A DNA stretch of 64,000 bases from Lama guanicoe. Taxonomy: Eukaryota. Positions 52,377 through 64,000 of the stretch are shown piece by piece. The stretch covers positions 6,147,366 through 6,211,365 of the forward strand of contig MU056050.1 of the NCBI GenBank assembly GCA_013239625.1, in the 5' to 3' direction. The position numbers were made by a program, and so were the translations under genes. The notes under the pieces were generated by a model that saw nothing but the letters and a program-made list of their open reading frames with translations, searched no databases and was not told where the DNA came from. The stretch's first letter is position 1, and the number at the start of each line of letters is the position of its first letter.

Positions 52377-55300
52377 GACTTCTGCTTCTTAGAAGATGGA
52401 ATAAATGTATTTTCCCATATTCCCTACACTAAGGACAACTAAAAATCCTGGAAAACACATACGAAACAAACAGGAAAATTCTTGAAGGTGGAGAGAAGAA
52501 GGCAGATTAGCTAGGGACCTCAGGAGCTGAGGAACAACACAGTGGTGAGTTTCTTGAGTTTTCTTTTGCTTCATATATCTCAGATTTGGAGATGAAAAAG
52601 CTATCAACCCAGAAACACAAATGAGTGTAGACAAAAAGAAATCACCAATTAAAGCCTGAATTCATTAGCCCAAGGACCAGGAAAGCCTAGCAAGACAGAA
52701 AACTTTAGACAATTACCACTCTACTCCAGTCAAACACCACAGAAAAAACTGTAGCCCCACCCCTATCTATGCCAGCAAAGTGCCCAGGCCTAGACTTCCA
52801 CTCTTACAAAGGTGTAATGTGCTGCCCCAAAACCTCCACTGTGTTGGTGCCAAAGAAAACCATGTAGGGAGTTGGGATTTCATCCTGCTGGGTGATAATG
52901 AGGCCACTATGGGTGGAGATCACCTGGTGAGCCTGCACTTCCACACACCCCCAGCAGTAATAAAGTGTCCCTCCCTCTCCACATTAGGGTGGTGTTAGAG
53001 GAAGCCTAGAGGAGAGGCAGGAATTTCACCACTACCCAACAGTAAAAAGATCAGCCCCCATACTTGTAGTATGAGTGAAGGTTAGATGGGGAGGAGGATT
53101 AAGGTCTTCCTACCCCTCCCATCCAGAGACTAATCAGTGGAGCCCTAGAGGGGAGATGGAAATCCTACCCTTGCCCAGCAGTAATGAAGATTCCTCCCTT
53201 GGGTGTCAACAGAGGTTAAGTAGGGAATATGCACTTCTACCTCTACCTGGAAATAATGAGTTGGCACCCCTCTTTTCCTGCCAAATCAGTATCAATTAGG
53301 GCCAGCTAAACCAGGTTTAAATAAGAGTCAGAGCTTCACAATATAAAAGCCAGAATGTGTAAATTTCAATCAAGAATTACTTCTTGAACTAGGAATCAGG
53401 AAGATCTCTGAGTGAGAAAAGACAATTAACAGATGGTAACCCCAAGATGGCACAGATGTTAGAATTACCTGAAAAAGATTTTAAGCAAACATTACAATCA
53501 TGCTTCAATGGACAATTATGAACACACTTGAAACAAATGAAAAAATAGAGACTCGGGAAAAAAATAGGAAGTCTCAACAAAGAAATAGAAAATATAAAGA
53601 ATGAAATGTAAGATAGAATACTCCCTCACACCATACACAAAAATAAACTCAAAATGGATTAAAGACTTAAACATAAGACAAGACACAATAAATCTCCTAG
53701 AAGAAAATATTGGCAAAACATTTCACATACATCTCAGCAATGTTCTTCTAGGGCAGTCTACCCAAGAAATAGAAATAAAAGCAAAAATAAACAAATAGGA
53801 CCTAATTAAACTTACAAGATTTTGCACATCAAAGGAAACCATAAGCAAAACAAAACAACCTACAGAATGGGAGAAAATTTTTGCAAAAGATGAAACTGAC
53901 AAGGGCTTGATCTCCAGAATATATAAACAGCTCATATGACTTAATAGGATAAAAACAAACAACCCAATCCAAAAATGGGCAGAAGACCTAAACAAACGAT
54001 TCTCCAATGAAGACATAAGAATGATCAATAGGCACATGAAAAAGTGCTCAATATCACTAATTATCAGAGAAATGCACATCAAAAACTACAATGAGGTATC
54101 ACCTCACACCAGTCAGAATGGCCATCACTCGAAAGTCCACAAATGACAAATGCTGGAGAGGCTGTGGAGAAAAGGGAACTCTCCTACACTGTTTGATGCA
54201 GCCATTGTGGAAAACAGTATATATATTCCTCAAAAGATTAGGAATAGACTTATCATATGACCCAGCGATCCCACTCCTATATCCAGAAGGAACTCTACTT
54301 CAAAAAGACACCTGCACCCCAATGTTCACAGCAGCACTATTTACAATAGCCAAGACATGGAAACAACCTAAATGTCCAGTGACAGATGACTCAATAAAGA
54401 AGCTGTGGTATATTTATACAATGGAATACTATTTAGCCATAAAAATGATAACATAATGCCAGTTGCAGCAATATGGATATCCCTGGAGAATGTCATTCTA
54501 AGTGAAGTTAGCCAGAAAGAGAAAGAAAAATACCATATGATGTCACTCATATGTAGAATCTAAAAAAAAAAAGACTAATGAACTTAAATATAAAACAGAA
54601 ACAGACTCAGAGACATAGATTGTGGACTTGTGGTTGCCAGAGGGGAGGGGGTGGGTAGGGATAGATTGGGAGTTCGAGATTTATAGATATTGACAGGTAT
54701 ATATAGAATAGATAAACAAGTTTATACCATACAGCACAGGGAAATATAGTCAAGATCTTGCAGTAGCTCATAGGGAAAAAGAATATAAAAATAAATAAAT
54801 ATATATACTCATGTATGACTGAAAAACTGTGCTGTACAACAGAAATTGACACAACATTGTAAACTGACTATCACTCAATAAAATAATAAAATAAAATAAT
54901 TTTTAAAAGAACAAAATGTAAATTTTAGAACTAAAAAAAAATAACCAAAGTACAAAACTCAACTGATGGTCCCAACAGCAGAATAGAGGGGATAGAGGAA
55001 ATAATTAGTGAACTAATAGTTAGAACAATAGAAATTATCCAATCTTCACAAGAGAGAGAAAATAGACTGAAAATAATAAACAAATCTGCATGGACCTATC
55101 AGGCTATAACAAAATATCTAATATTTGTGCCATTGAAGTCTTTGAAAGAGAGGAGAGAGAAGGTGGGGTTGAAAAAATATTCGAAGAAAAATAGCTGAAA
55201 ACTTCCCAAATGTCATAAAATATATAAGCTTAAAGACTCAGGAAGCTAAGTGAATCCCCAAAAGTGTACATTTAAAGAAATTCACATTAATATACATTGT

Positions 55301-58300
55301 AGTCAAACTTAAACTAAAGTCAAAGAAAAAATATTGAAAGTAGTGAAAGAGAAATGTTCCTTACCTATAGGGGAAAAACAATTTGAATAATATCAGACTT
55401 TTCATCAGAAACCCTGAATGCCAAAATAAAGTGGCACATTTTTCAAGTGCTGAAACACAAAAACTATCAACTTAGAATCCTGTATCCAACAAGAGTATGT
55501 TTCAGGAATGTAAGAAAAATCAACACATTCTCAGTTGTAGAAAAACTAAGAGAATTTATCACTAGTGATCTACTTATAAAAATGGCTAAAGGAAGTCCTC
55601 TAAGCTGAAAGGAACTAATGAAAGAAGAAACCTTGGAACATCAGAAAGGGATAAAGAACACAGTGACCAAAAATATGGGCATATACAATAGATGTTTCTT
55701 CTCTTCAGTCTTCTCAAGAGAACATACTTGAAAGTGTTTTATGATTGAAGCAAAAATTATAACATGTGGTTCTAAACATATGTAGAGAAATATTTAAAAT
55801 AATTATATTATAAATGCAGAGGTAAAAGGGAAATAAAGTGTGATAAGTTTTCTATAGTTCATTCAAACTGGTAAAAATAATGACACCAGTAAATTGTGAC
55901 ATTATGTATATGTCTATAAAATGTAATACCAAGAACAATCACCAAAAATGTTACATAATAAGATACACTCAAAAACACTATGAATAAACCAAAATTGAAT
56001 TCTAAACAATGTTCAAGTAACCCACAAAAAGGTTAATTAATTAATTAAACATAGAAAAAAACAGAACAAACAGAAAACAAAAAATAACACGGCAGACCTA
56101 AACCCTAATCACATCAAGTGTAAATGATCTAAATACATCAATTAAAAGACAGAGATGAGCAGAGTGGACTTAAAAACATGACCCAACTTTATCTTGTCTA
56201 CAAGAAACTCACTTCAAATATAATGATATAGATAGGTTGAAAGTAAAAGGAGAAAAAAAAGATATATCATGCAAACATTAATCAAAGGAGACTAGGAAGA
56301 GATATATTAATATCAGATAAAGTAAACTCCAGAGCAATTACCAGAGACAGAGAGGGGCATTACATAATGACAAAAGGATTAATCTACCCACAATATATAG
56401 CAATACTAAATGTGCATGAACCAAACCAGAGAGCTGAGAAATTTATGAAGCAAAAACTGATAGAATTGGTTTTAAAGTTGTAAAGACAGAACTCTTTCTC
56501 TATTTAGAGAAATAGACACATCCACAATTGTAATAGTGAACTACAAAACCCCAGTCTCAACAATTGACAGAAAAACTATACAGAAAATCTTCAAGGATGT
56601 AGAAATGAACAGCACAACCAACTAATAGGATCTAATGGAATATACAGACCACTACACCCAATAGAGCAGATACGCATACTTTTCAAGTGCCCATGGAACA
56701 TATACCAAAATATATCATATCATAGGCCATAAAACAAGCCTCAACAAATTTGAAATAGTATAAATCATACCAAAAGATCAAACAAGAAGTCAGTAACAGA
56801 AAAATAATAGGAAAATCTTTAAACACTTGGAAACTAAATAACACCTTCCTAATAATCCATGAGTCAAAGAGGAAATCTCAGGGAATACCGAAAAATACTT
56901 TAAAATAAATGAAAATGAAAATACAACATATTTAAATTTATGGGACATAGCAAAGCAGTGCTTACAGGGAAATTTACAGCATTAAAAGCATACATTACAA
57001 AAGAGAGAATGTATCAAATCAATAATCTAAGCTCCTGGCTCAAGAACCTAGAAGAGAAAGAAAATAAAACCAAAGCAATAAGAAGGAAAGAAATAATAAA
57101 AACATAAGTCAACAAAATTGAAAACAGAGAAACAATAGAGAAAATCAATTAAACAAAGAGCTGGTTCATTGGAAATACCAACAAAGTTGACAAACTTCTA
57201 GAAAAACTGATAAAGAAAAAAAGAGAAAACACAAATTACAAATACAAGGAATCAAACAAGAACTATCACTACAAACCCTGCAGACATAAGGGAATACTAC
57301 ACACAACTCTACACACATAAATTTGACAACTTAGGTGATATGGACTGATTCTTCAAAAAAATACAAATGGGCTCACAACCTCATCCAATATTAAATAGAT
57401 AATTTGAATATGGCTATAACAAAATTGAATTAGTAATTTCAAAACTCCCCCAAAGAAATCTCTAAGCCCAGATGTTTTCACTGAATAATTATACCAAACA
57501 TTTAAGTAAGAATTAACACCAATTCCACACAATATCCTCCAGATAACAGAAGAAGAAGGAACACTTTCCAATTGATTTTATAAAGCTAGTATTATATTGA
57601 TTCCAAAACCAGACAAGGCCAGTACAAAAACAACCTGTACAGACCAATTTTCATCATGAATACAGATGCAGAAATCCCTGACAAAAAATTAGGAAAAACA
57701 ATTCAGAAATACATAATTATGCACCATGATCAAGTACAGTTTATACCAGGATGCAAGGTGGTACAAAATTAGAAAATTCAATCAGTATAATCCACCATAG
57801 TAAAAAGCTAAAGAAGAAAAATCACATGATCATATGAATTGATGCAGAAAAAGCATTTGACAAAATTCAACACCCATCATGATAAAAAATTCTCAGGAAA
57901 ATAGGAATAGAAAGGAACTGTCTAAACTTGAACAAGAGTATCTATATAAAATCTATAGCTAACATCATATTTCATAGTGAAAGACTGAATGGTATTCCTC
58001 TAAGATCAAGAACAAGGCAAGGATGTCCATTCTCATCACTCCCATTCAACATACTGTTGGAAGGTTTAGCCAATGCAATAATACCAGAAAAGGAAATAAA
58101 AGGTACATAAATGGAAAAGAAAGAAAGCAAACTGACCCTACTTGAATATAATGTGATTGTCTGCATAGACTATCCCAAGAAATTTCACCAAAAAACCCCT
58201 CAAAAACTAAGTTTTTTGTGAGTTCAGCAAAGTCTCATGATAGAAAATAATCATATAAAAATTTCTTGTATTTCTATATAATAGCAATGAATATGTGGAC

Positions 58301-60116
58301 ACTGGAATTACAAATATAATAACATTTTAAATTGCTTTTAAAATGAAATACTAAGTGTAAATCTAACAAAACATAGACAGAATTTATATACTGAAAACTA
58401 CATAAGACTGATGAAAGAGATCAAAGACTACCTAAATAAATGGAGATATGTAACATGTCCATGGGTTGGAAAATTCAATATAATAAAGATGCAAATTCTC
58501 CCCAAGTTATATATAGATTTAACACAATTCCCATAAAACTCCCAGCAAGATTTTTTTGTAGATATGGACAAGATTATTGTAAAATTTATATGGAAAAACA
58601 AAGGAACAAGAATAGTTAAAACATTTTGTTAAAGAAGAATAAAATGGGAAGGGTCAGTCTACCCAAATTCAAGACTTTCGATACAGTTACAATAATCAAG
58701 AACGTGTGATGTTGGCACCGAGGTAAACACATAAATGAATGGAACAAAATAGAGAAAACATAAATAGGCCCACATAAATATGTCCAACTGATTTTTGACA
58801 AAGGTGCAAAAAGTAGTTTAATGGAGGAAAGCTAACTTTTTAAACAGGTGGTGCTGGGGCAATTAGACATCCATAGTTAAAATGAACCTTCACCTAAATC
58901 TGACACCTTATACAAATTTCACTCAAAATTGATCAAGGATTTAAATGTAAAACATAAAACCATAAAACTTTTAGAAAAAAATAGGAGAAAAATTTGGAAT
59001 TTAAATAGCCAAAGGGCTCTTAGACTTGACAACAAAAGCATGGCTCATAAGAGGAAACTTGATAAATTGGGCGTTATCAAGATTTAAAATTTTGCTTTGC
59101 AAAAGATCCTATTAAGAGGACGAAAAGACTAGCTACAGAGTGGGAGAAAATATTTGCAAGGTATAATATCCAACAAGAGACTTTTATCTAGAATATATTA
59201 AGAACTGTTAAAACTCAAAGTAAAAAAATCCAATTAGAAAATGAGCTAAAGGCATGAAGAGACACTTAACCTAAGAGGATATACAGATGGCAAATAAGCT
59301 CATGAAAAGGTGTTCAACATCATTAAAACTACAATGAGGTATCACTACACACCTATGAGAACGGCTAAAATAATAAAATAGTGACCCCAATGCTGGTGAG
59401 GATGCAGAGAAACTAGATCACTAATATGTTGTTAATGGGAATGTAAAATGGTACAGCCATTGTGGGAAAGAGTACTTTCATTTAAATGAAACATGCAATC
59501 GTCATACAACCCAGAAATTGCACTCCTGGATATTTTTTCCCACAGAAATGAAGACTTATGTTCACACAAAAACCTGTCCACAGTTACAGCAGCCTTATTC
59601 ATAATAAACAAAAATTGGAAGCAACCCAAACGTCCTTTAATGAGTGAATGGTTAAATAAACTGATATATCCACACCACAAAATACTGCTCCGCAATAAAA
59701 ACGCTTAAACTATTGATACATGCAGCAACCTGGATGAATCTCCAGGGAATTATGCTGAGTGATAAGAAAAAAAGTCTCAAAAGTTTACCTATTATATTAT
59801 TCTATTTATCTAAGATTCTTGAAATGATAAAATTTGAGGAATGGAGAACCGATTAGTGGTTGCCAGAGGTTAAGAAGTAGGTGGAGGCAGAAGGGTAGTG
59901 GCTGCGGCTATAAAAGGACAGCACAAAGGGTCCTTGTGGTGATGGAAAAGTTCCATGTCTTGACTATACCAATGTCAAAATCCTGGTTTTGATGGTTTTT
60001 TAGAGTTCTGCAAGATGTTACCACTGGGGGAACTTGGATGAAAGCTACATGGGATATTTCTGTATTATTTCTTACAACTTTCATGTACATTTGTCTCCGA
60101 ATGAAGTTTAATTAAA
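52377..60116 (+). mobile_element. Near full-length ancient L1 (L1MC1-like), degraded, with nested young L1
   Basis: 5' end gacttctgcttc...aagatgg; ORF1 remnants ~53440-55610; ORF2 remnants ~56085-59760; L1MC1-type 3'UTR tccttgtggtgatggaa...gcaagatgttaccactggggg...tttcttacaact. Confidence 0.85.
53612..54905 (+). mobile_element. Young 5'-truncated L1 nested in L1MC ORF1
   Basis: ORF2 C-terminus plus 3'UTR and A-rich tail; 16-bp TSD aaagaa(tg/ca)aaatgtaa at 53596-53611 and 54906-54921. Confidence 0.92.
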
Positions 60117-60119
60117 TAA

Positions 60120-60600
60120 TAATTATTGGTCTGAATTAAGCAAAAAAATGAAGCAGTTATTAACTCCAGGGTGAACAAAAAGTTGTACGTAAAAAGACGT
60201 AGTCATCATAATATGCTACTCGGCTCAGCAGTGAACCACACTTACATAATTATCATAAGGCAAAGACTGAATACTGCTTTGAACAAAGATGATGATTTAA
60301 TTATGTTGAGGGTATTTAGGGAGGAGAAAATGACCAGTGATATAAAATGCTAATTATTCATAGGCCATAATAGAATGTCAACAGATGTTGTCTAAAGTCC
60401 ATATATCAAGAAATAGTGCTCAAAGCCTATTATTTACACAAATGGAAATACCACAAGGGATAGTCAGGAGAGTAGGTGTTAGACTTCCAGCAAGTTGGAC
60501 ATGAAGGGAGAGAGGGAATGGGCAGGGGCCTGCTATCTGGAAAGCCTTTTGGTACTATTTTACATTTTACCATTGTGCATGTAATACTCTGATAAGATTT
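60120..60600 (+). mobile_element. HAL1-like 3' region
   Basis: ttattaactccaggg...ctcagcagtgaac...gtcaacagatgttgtctaaagt...tgtgcatgtaatactctgataa; its 3' part is similar to 52110-52365. Confidence 0.55.
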
Positions 60601-60719
60601 GTTCACGTTTTTAAAGAAATTTGGTAAAAATCTTTAAGAAAGGGGAAGCATTCCTGATGGGAGCAATGTGCCTTCTCCCACCCCAACCCTCATATTTGTA
60701 TTAACTGCTCCCACTGTCA

Positions 60720-61005
60720 GCGCAGATCTCCTAAGTAACAAAGCCAATGTCCTCTTCTCTAGCCCCAGCTTCCTAGATCACTTGGCAGCATTTGACATTG
60801 TTGATTATTGACTCCTCCCCTGACTGGCATGACACTATATCTCTCCTCACTGTCCCATCCTTTACATTCCCTCTGCTGCGATGCTAGTTCAGATCTTAAA
60901 TAACTCTCACTTGAACCAATGCAATGGCCTCCACCCTCCTACCTACCTCCAGGGTGCTGTCAAATAAATTTTTTTTATGAAGTAGCTCTCATCCTGTGAA
61001 TTCTC
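60720..61005 (+). mobile_element. L2 fragment
   Basis: ggcagcatttgacattgttga...ctggcatgacacta...ctcacttgaaccaatgcaatggcctcc. Confidence 0.55.
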
Positions 61006-61010
61006 TACTA

Positions 61011-61237
61011 CAGTGGTTGGTTATTAACAGCCCATTGGCAAAGTCCAGATCTCTACCTGCTTTGGTAAATAAAGTCTTATTGGAACTCAGACATGATCAT
61101 TCATTTATCTGTTCTCTATGGCTGCTTTGGAGCTACAACAGATTTGAGTAGTCAGTTATTACAGACATCTTCCAGCCTGCAAAGCCTGAAATACTCACTG
61201 CCTGATCCTTTACAGAAAAAACCTGTGGATCCTTCCT
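61011..61237. mobile_element. MER58A-like hAT-Charlie element
   Basis: gtaaataaagtcttattggaac...cattcattta...tatggctgcttt...gcctgcaaagcctgaaata...cctttacagaaaaa. Confidence 0.75.
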
Positions 61238-62022
61238 CTACTGCAAGACAAGTGTGGATCTCATTGCTCAGAAGTCCCTTTGTTTGTTCCTAGACTTCTC
61301 TTTCATATGAACCACAGTAGTTACTTTCAAAACTTCTCCAATATCTTCTAAGCCTCCTACCCTAATATCTGTTCCTTTGGTCACAGAGAAAATAGAGGTT
61401 GTCAAATAAGAATGTTTCAACTATATTCCCAACATCCCATCCCTACTTGTATGTATTTGCTCTTCACATACTCAATCTTTCTAGAATTAATTTCCCCGGG
61501 GCCAGGAATTTTTGTCCTACTTCTTTAACTGTTACACTTCAGCACATAGAACAGCGTCTAATCTTTTGTTAAATGAAATTCTCTTCAATTTCAGTAGAAT
61601 AGGTGTCACTCAGCCTGCCTCAAAGCTTCCACCTGTGCTCTGGATCGCTTGTTTCCACCTCTCCAGTGACCACTAGATCCTTTTTTCCCCTACATTTTCA
61701 ACCTCACCCTCTCCCTCTGGCATACAATGTGCTCAAGTCTCTCCTGGCATGCATACAGATAGAAATAACCAACAGCCATCCAACTGCTCACCTCTCATTC
61801 ACAACCAAATTTCTTGAAAGAGTTGTCTACACAGTTTCCATTTCCTCTCCTCTGTTAAATTCTCAGCCCACTGTATTTTGGCTTTAACCCCCACCATACC
61901 ACTGAACAGGCTTCTTTAGTTAAAGTTAGCAATCCCCTCTATGGTGCAAATTCCCACAGAGTCCATACTCTTCATCTAACTCTGTAGCGGTTAACACAGT
62001 TTCCTGCCAACTTTCTCCCTCC

Positions 62023-62071
62023 TTTCTCTCTCTCTCTCTCTCTTTCTCTTTCTCTCTCTAAACACACACAC
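62023..62071. repeat. (CT)n followed by (CA)n microsatellite
   Basis: Read directly. Confidence 0.85.
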
Positions 62072-62199
62072 CTGCCTATTCTTTATACTGCTCCCCTGGA
62101 GTGCTGTCTTTGGCTTCTTCCTGCACTCTACATGTAAACTCTACACTCACTGTAATAGGTAATTACTATATATATCAAACGTGGAAAACTGACTGCTTG

Positions 62200-62382
62200 A
62201 AGCTTCATATGGACTGTAGCTAGGTTTTGTTTGGCTGGTTTACCAGACTTTTAAAAAATGTGAATGCCTTTAGGCAGGGCCTATGTGCACATTTTGTCTT
62301 CACCCCATATCAGCCCTAGCCAGAATCATCCATTTATGTGACCTGCCTGGATCTTGCAGACACTTAGATTTGCAACTCTTGA
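62200..62382. mobile_element. MER102-like hAT element
   Basis: tgaatgcctttaggcagggc...catttatgtgacctgcctgg...gatttgcaactcttg. Confidence 0.6.
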
Positions 62383-63599
62383 TACTGTGACTCTCAAAAC
62401 TTTATCTGCTGCCCAATCTACATTCCTTTAGTACAAATATTATATTCAACTTTTTGCCATTATCTCCATTTGTATATGTGACAGGCCCCTCACACTCAAC
62501 ATAGGTAAAACAAAGCTAAATTCCCCCTCAAATCTCATTCATCTGTGTTCCTCCTCTGAGTGAATGGCACTCCCTAACATTAAAGTTCAAACCTGAGATT
62601 CACCCTTGCACTCTGTCATCCACCTTATCACTCACATTCCATTGCTTTAGCAAGTCTGTCACTTCTACCCCCTAAATCTCTCCCAAATGTATGCCCCCCC
62701 CACTGCTGTATTTGTAATTCAGGGTCACAACAGCTCCACCTAGATCACTGTAATAGCCTCTATAAGACTTTTCACGATCATGTCCCTACCGACCCTCTAG
62801 TGTTATCTCTTTACCACTCAATTCATACCCTAGGTTAAAGGCCAGCACTCAGAAACTCTCCAGGTTCTCCACACCTCGGTGACTTTGTATGCTCTCTCTG
62901 CTTGAAATATCCCTCCCATTTCTCTGCATGAAACACCCTTCCTATATCCCACATTTCAGGAAAACTCACATTCTCCTTCATATTTCAACTCAGACATTAC
63001 CACCTCTAGAATGCCTCTCCTGACACCTCACATCTTGTCTAGGACAGGTGCCCTCAGCACTTCTCACCCACTGCCTCCACTAAACTAACTTCCTTGTGGG
63101 CAGGGAAGGTATTCATCACTGTACTCCACATGCCTTTTTTAAGTGCCTGGCACACAACAGTCCATCAATAAGATTTTTAAAGTAAATGATTCTCTGAGTA
63201 AAGTCTATCTCCATTAGATTGGTGCCCAAGAGTCTTTGCAACTCAATTCCATATGTCCATTTTCATCTGTATCTCACACTATACCCCTACAATGCTCCAA
63301 ACAATGTAAACAGTCAAGAATATCACATTACAGGTTTTGACTAGGGAGAAAGTCTGTACAACCCAAACGTTATTATTCATAAATTGAGATAAATTGCCAC
63401 TATGACTGTTGAATAAGTAACCAGATTGGTCTACTTCATTCCCTGAAGCCCGTGTACTGGTTTCCCACATCTATCATTGCTCATGGTTTCCTCAATATCT
63501 TTTCTTATAATAAGTCTATCTCTCCTACCCCAGATTATATATTGTCTTCCTGAAACCTGACCAGCTCTACCTAGCCAGAAATAGAAGTGATTGCTGCTT

Positions 63600-63790
63600 T
63601 CCCTGAGTGCCTTCATATCTTGAATTCTCTGATAACTATCCAATTTTGCCTTTTTTCATAGCTGTTTGTGTGCATAGCTTTTATTCTCTTTCTGACTATA
63701 ATCTCCCATGGAGCAGGTAACATATATTTTGACCTTTGAATGCCCTATGGCATCTTGAACTTAGCAGGGACTCAATGCATATTTTAAATA
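63600..63790 (+). mobile_element. L2 3' tail
   Basis: ctgactataatctcccatggagcagg...tagcagggactcaatgcatattt. Confidence 0.5.
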
Positions 63791-64000
63791 CATATTAAAC
63801 AAAATCAGATCAGGGAGAGCATTTCACCTAATTACAAATGCATTTGGCATTTGATTATCTTCCCCCAGGCCAACTGCTTTGTGAATTTGAAAAAATAAAA
63901 CTCATCCATGGTAATCATTAAGTATTAATTATCATGGTGGTTTCCCATTTACAAATATTAACATAAGAAAAAGGGGTTTTCAAAGTCACTAAGAGGAGCA

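Larger units (their letters stand above)
61340..63175 (+). mobile_element. Fragmented L2
   Basis: cacagagaaaatagagg...cttgaaagagttgtctacac...tgaatggcac...gtgcctggcacacaacag. Confidence 0.65.

Overview
Mammalian non-coding DNA, very probably camelid (alpaca/llama/camel), inferred from a tRNA-Ala-derived Vic-1-type SINE and artiodactyl-type young LINE-1 3' ends. I found no recognisable cellular protein-coding exon, true RNA gene, CRISPR array or prokaryotic system. Roughly half of the window is LINE-1 of several ages, almost all on the + strand: a nested L1 stack (~2.9-13.3 kb), a young 5'-truncated L1 with an open ORF2 C-terminus (25.4-26.8 kb), a decayed full-length ~7 kb L1 (32.9-39.9 kb) and a near full-length ancient L1MC-type element (52.4-60.1 kb) with a nested young L1. 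The rest is ancient MIR, L2, L3/CR1, MaLR, hAT and Tigger relics plus several repeat-poor, TAAT-rich blocks resembling conserved non-coding elements. The most unusual object is a TSD-flanked 3.0 kb L1 (6748-9782) with a CpG-rich 5'UTR, ORF1 and 3' end but lacking ~3.7 kb covering nearly all of ORF2. Its junction aligns to a GT and an AG in the paralogous copies here, suggesting a spliced L1 retrocopy or a camelid half-L1 (HAL1-like) family. Repeat family names are from recall of consensus sequences, not a database search; boundaries of old repeats are approximate.
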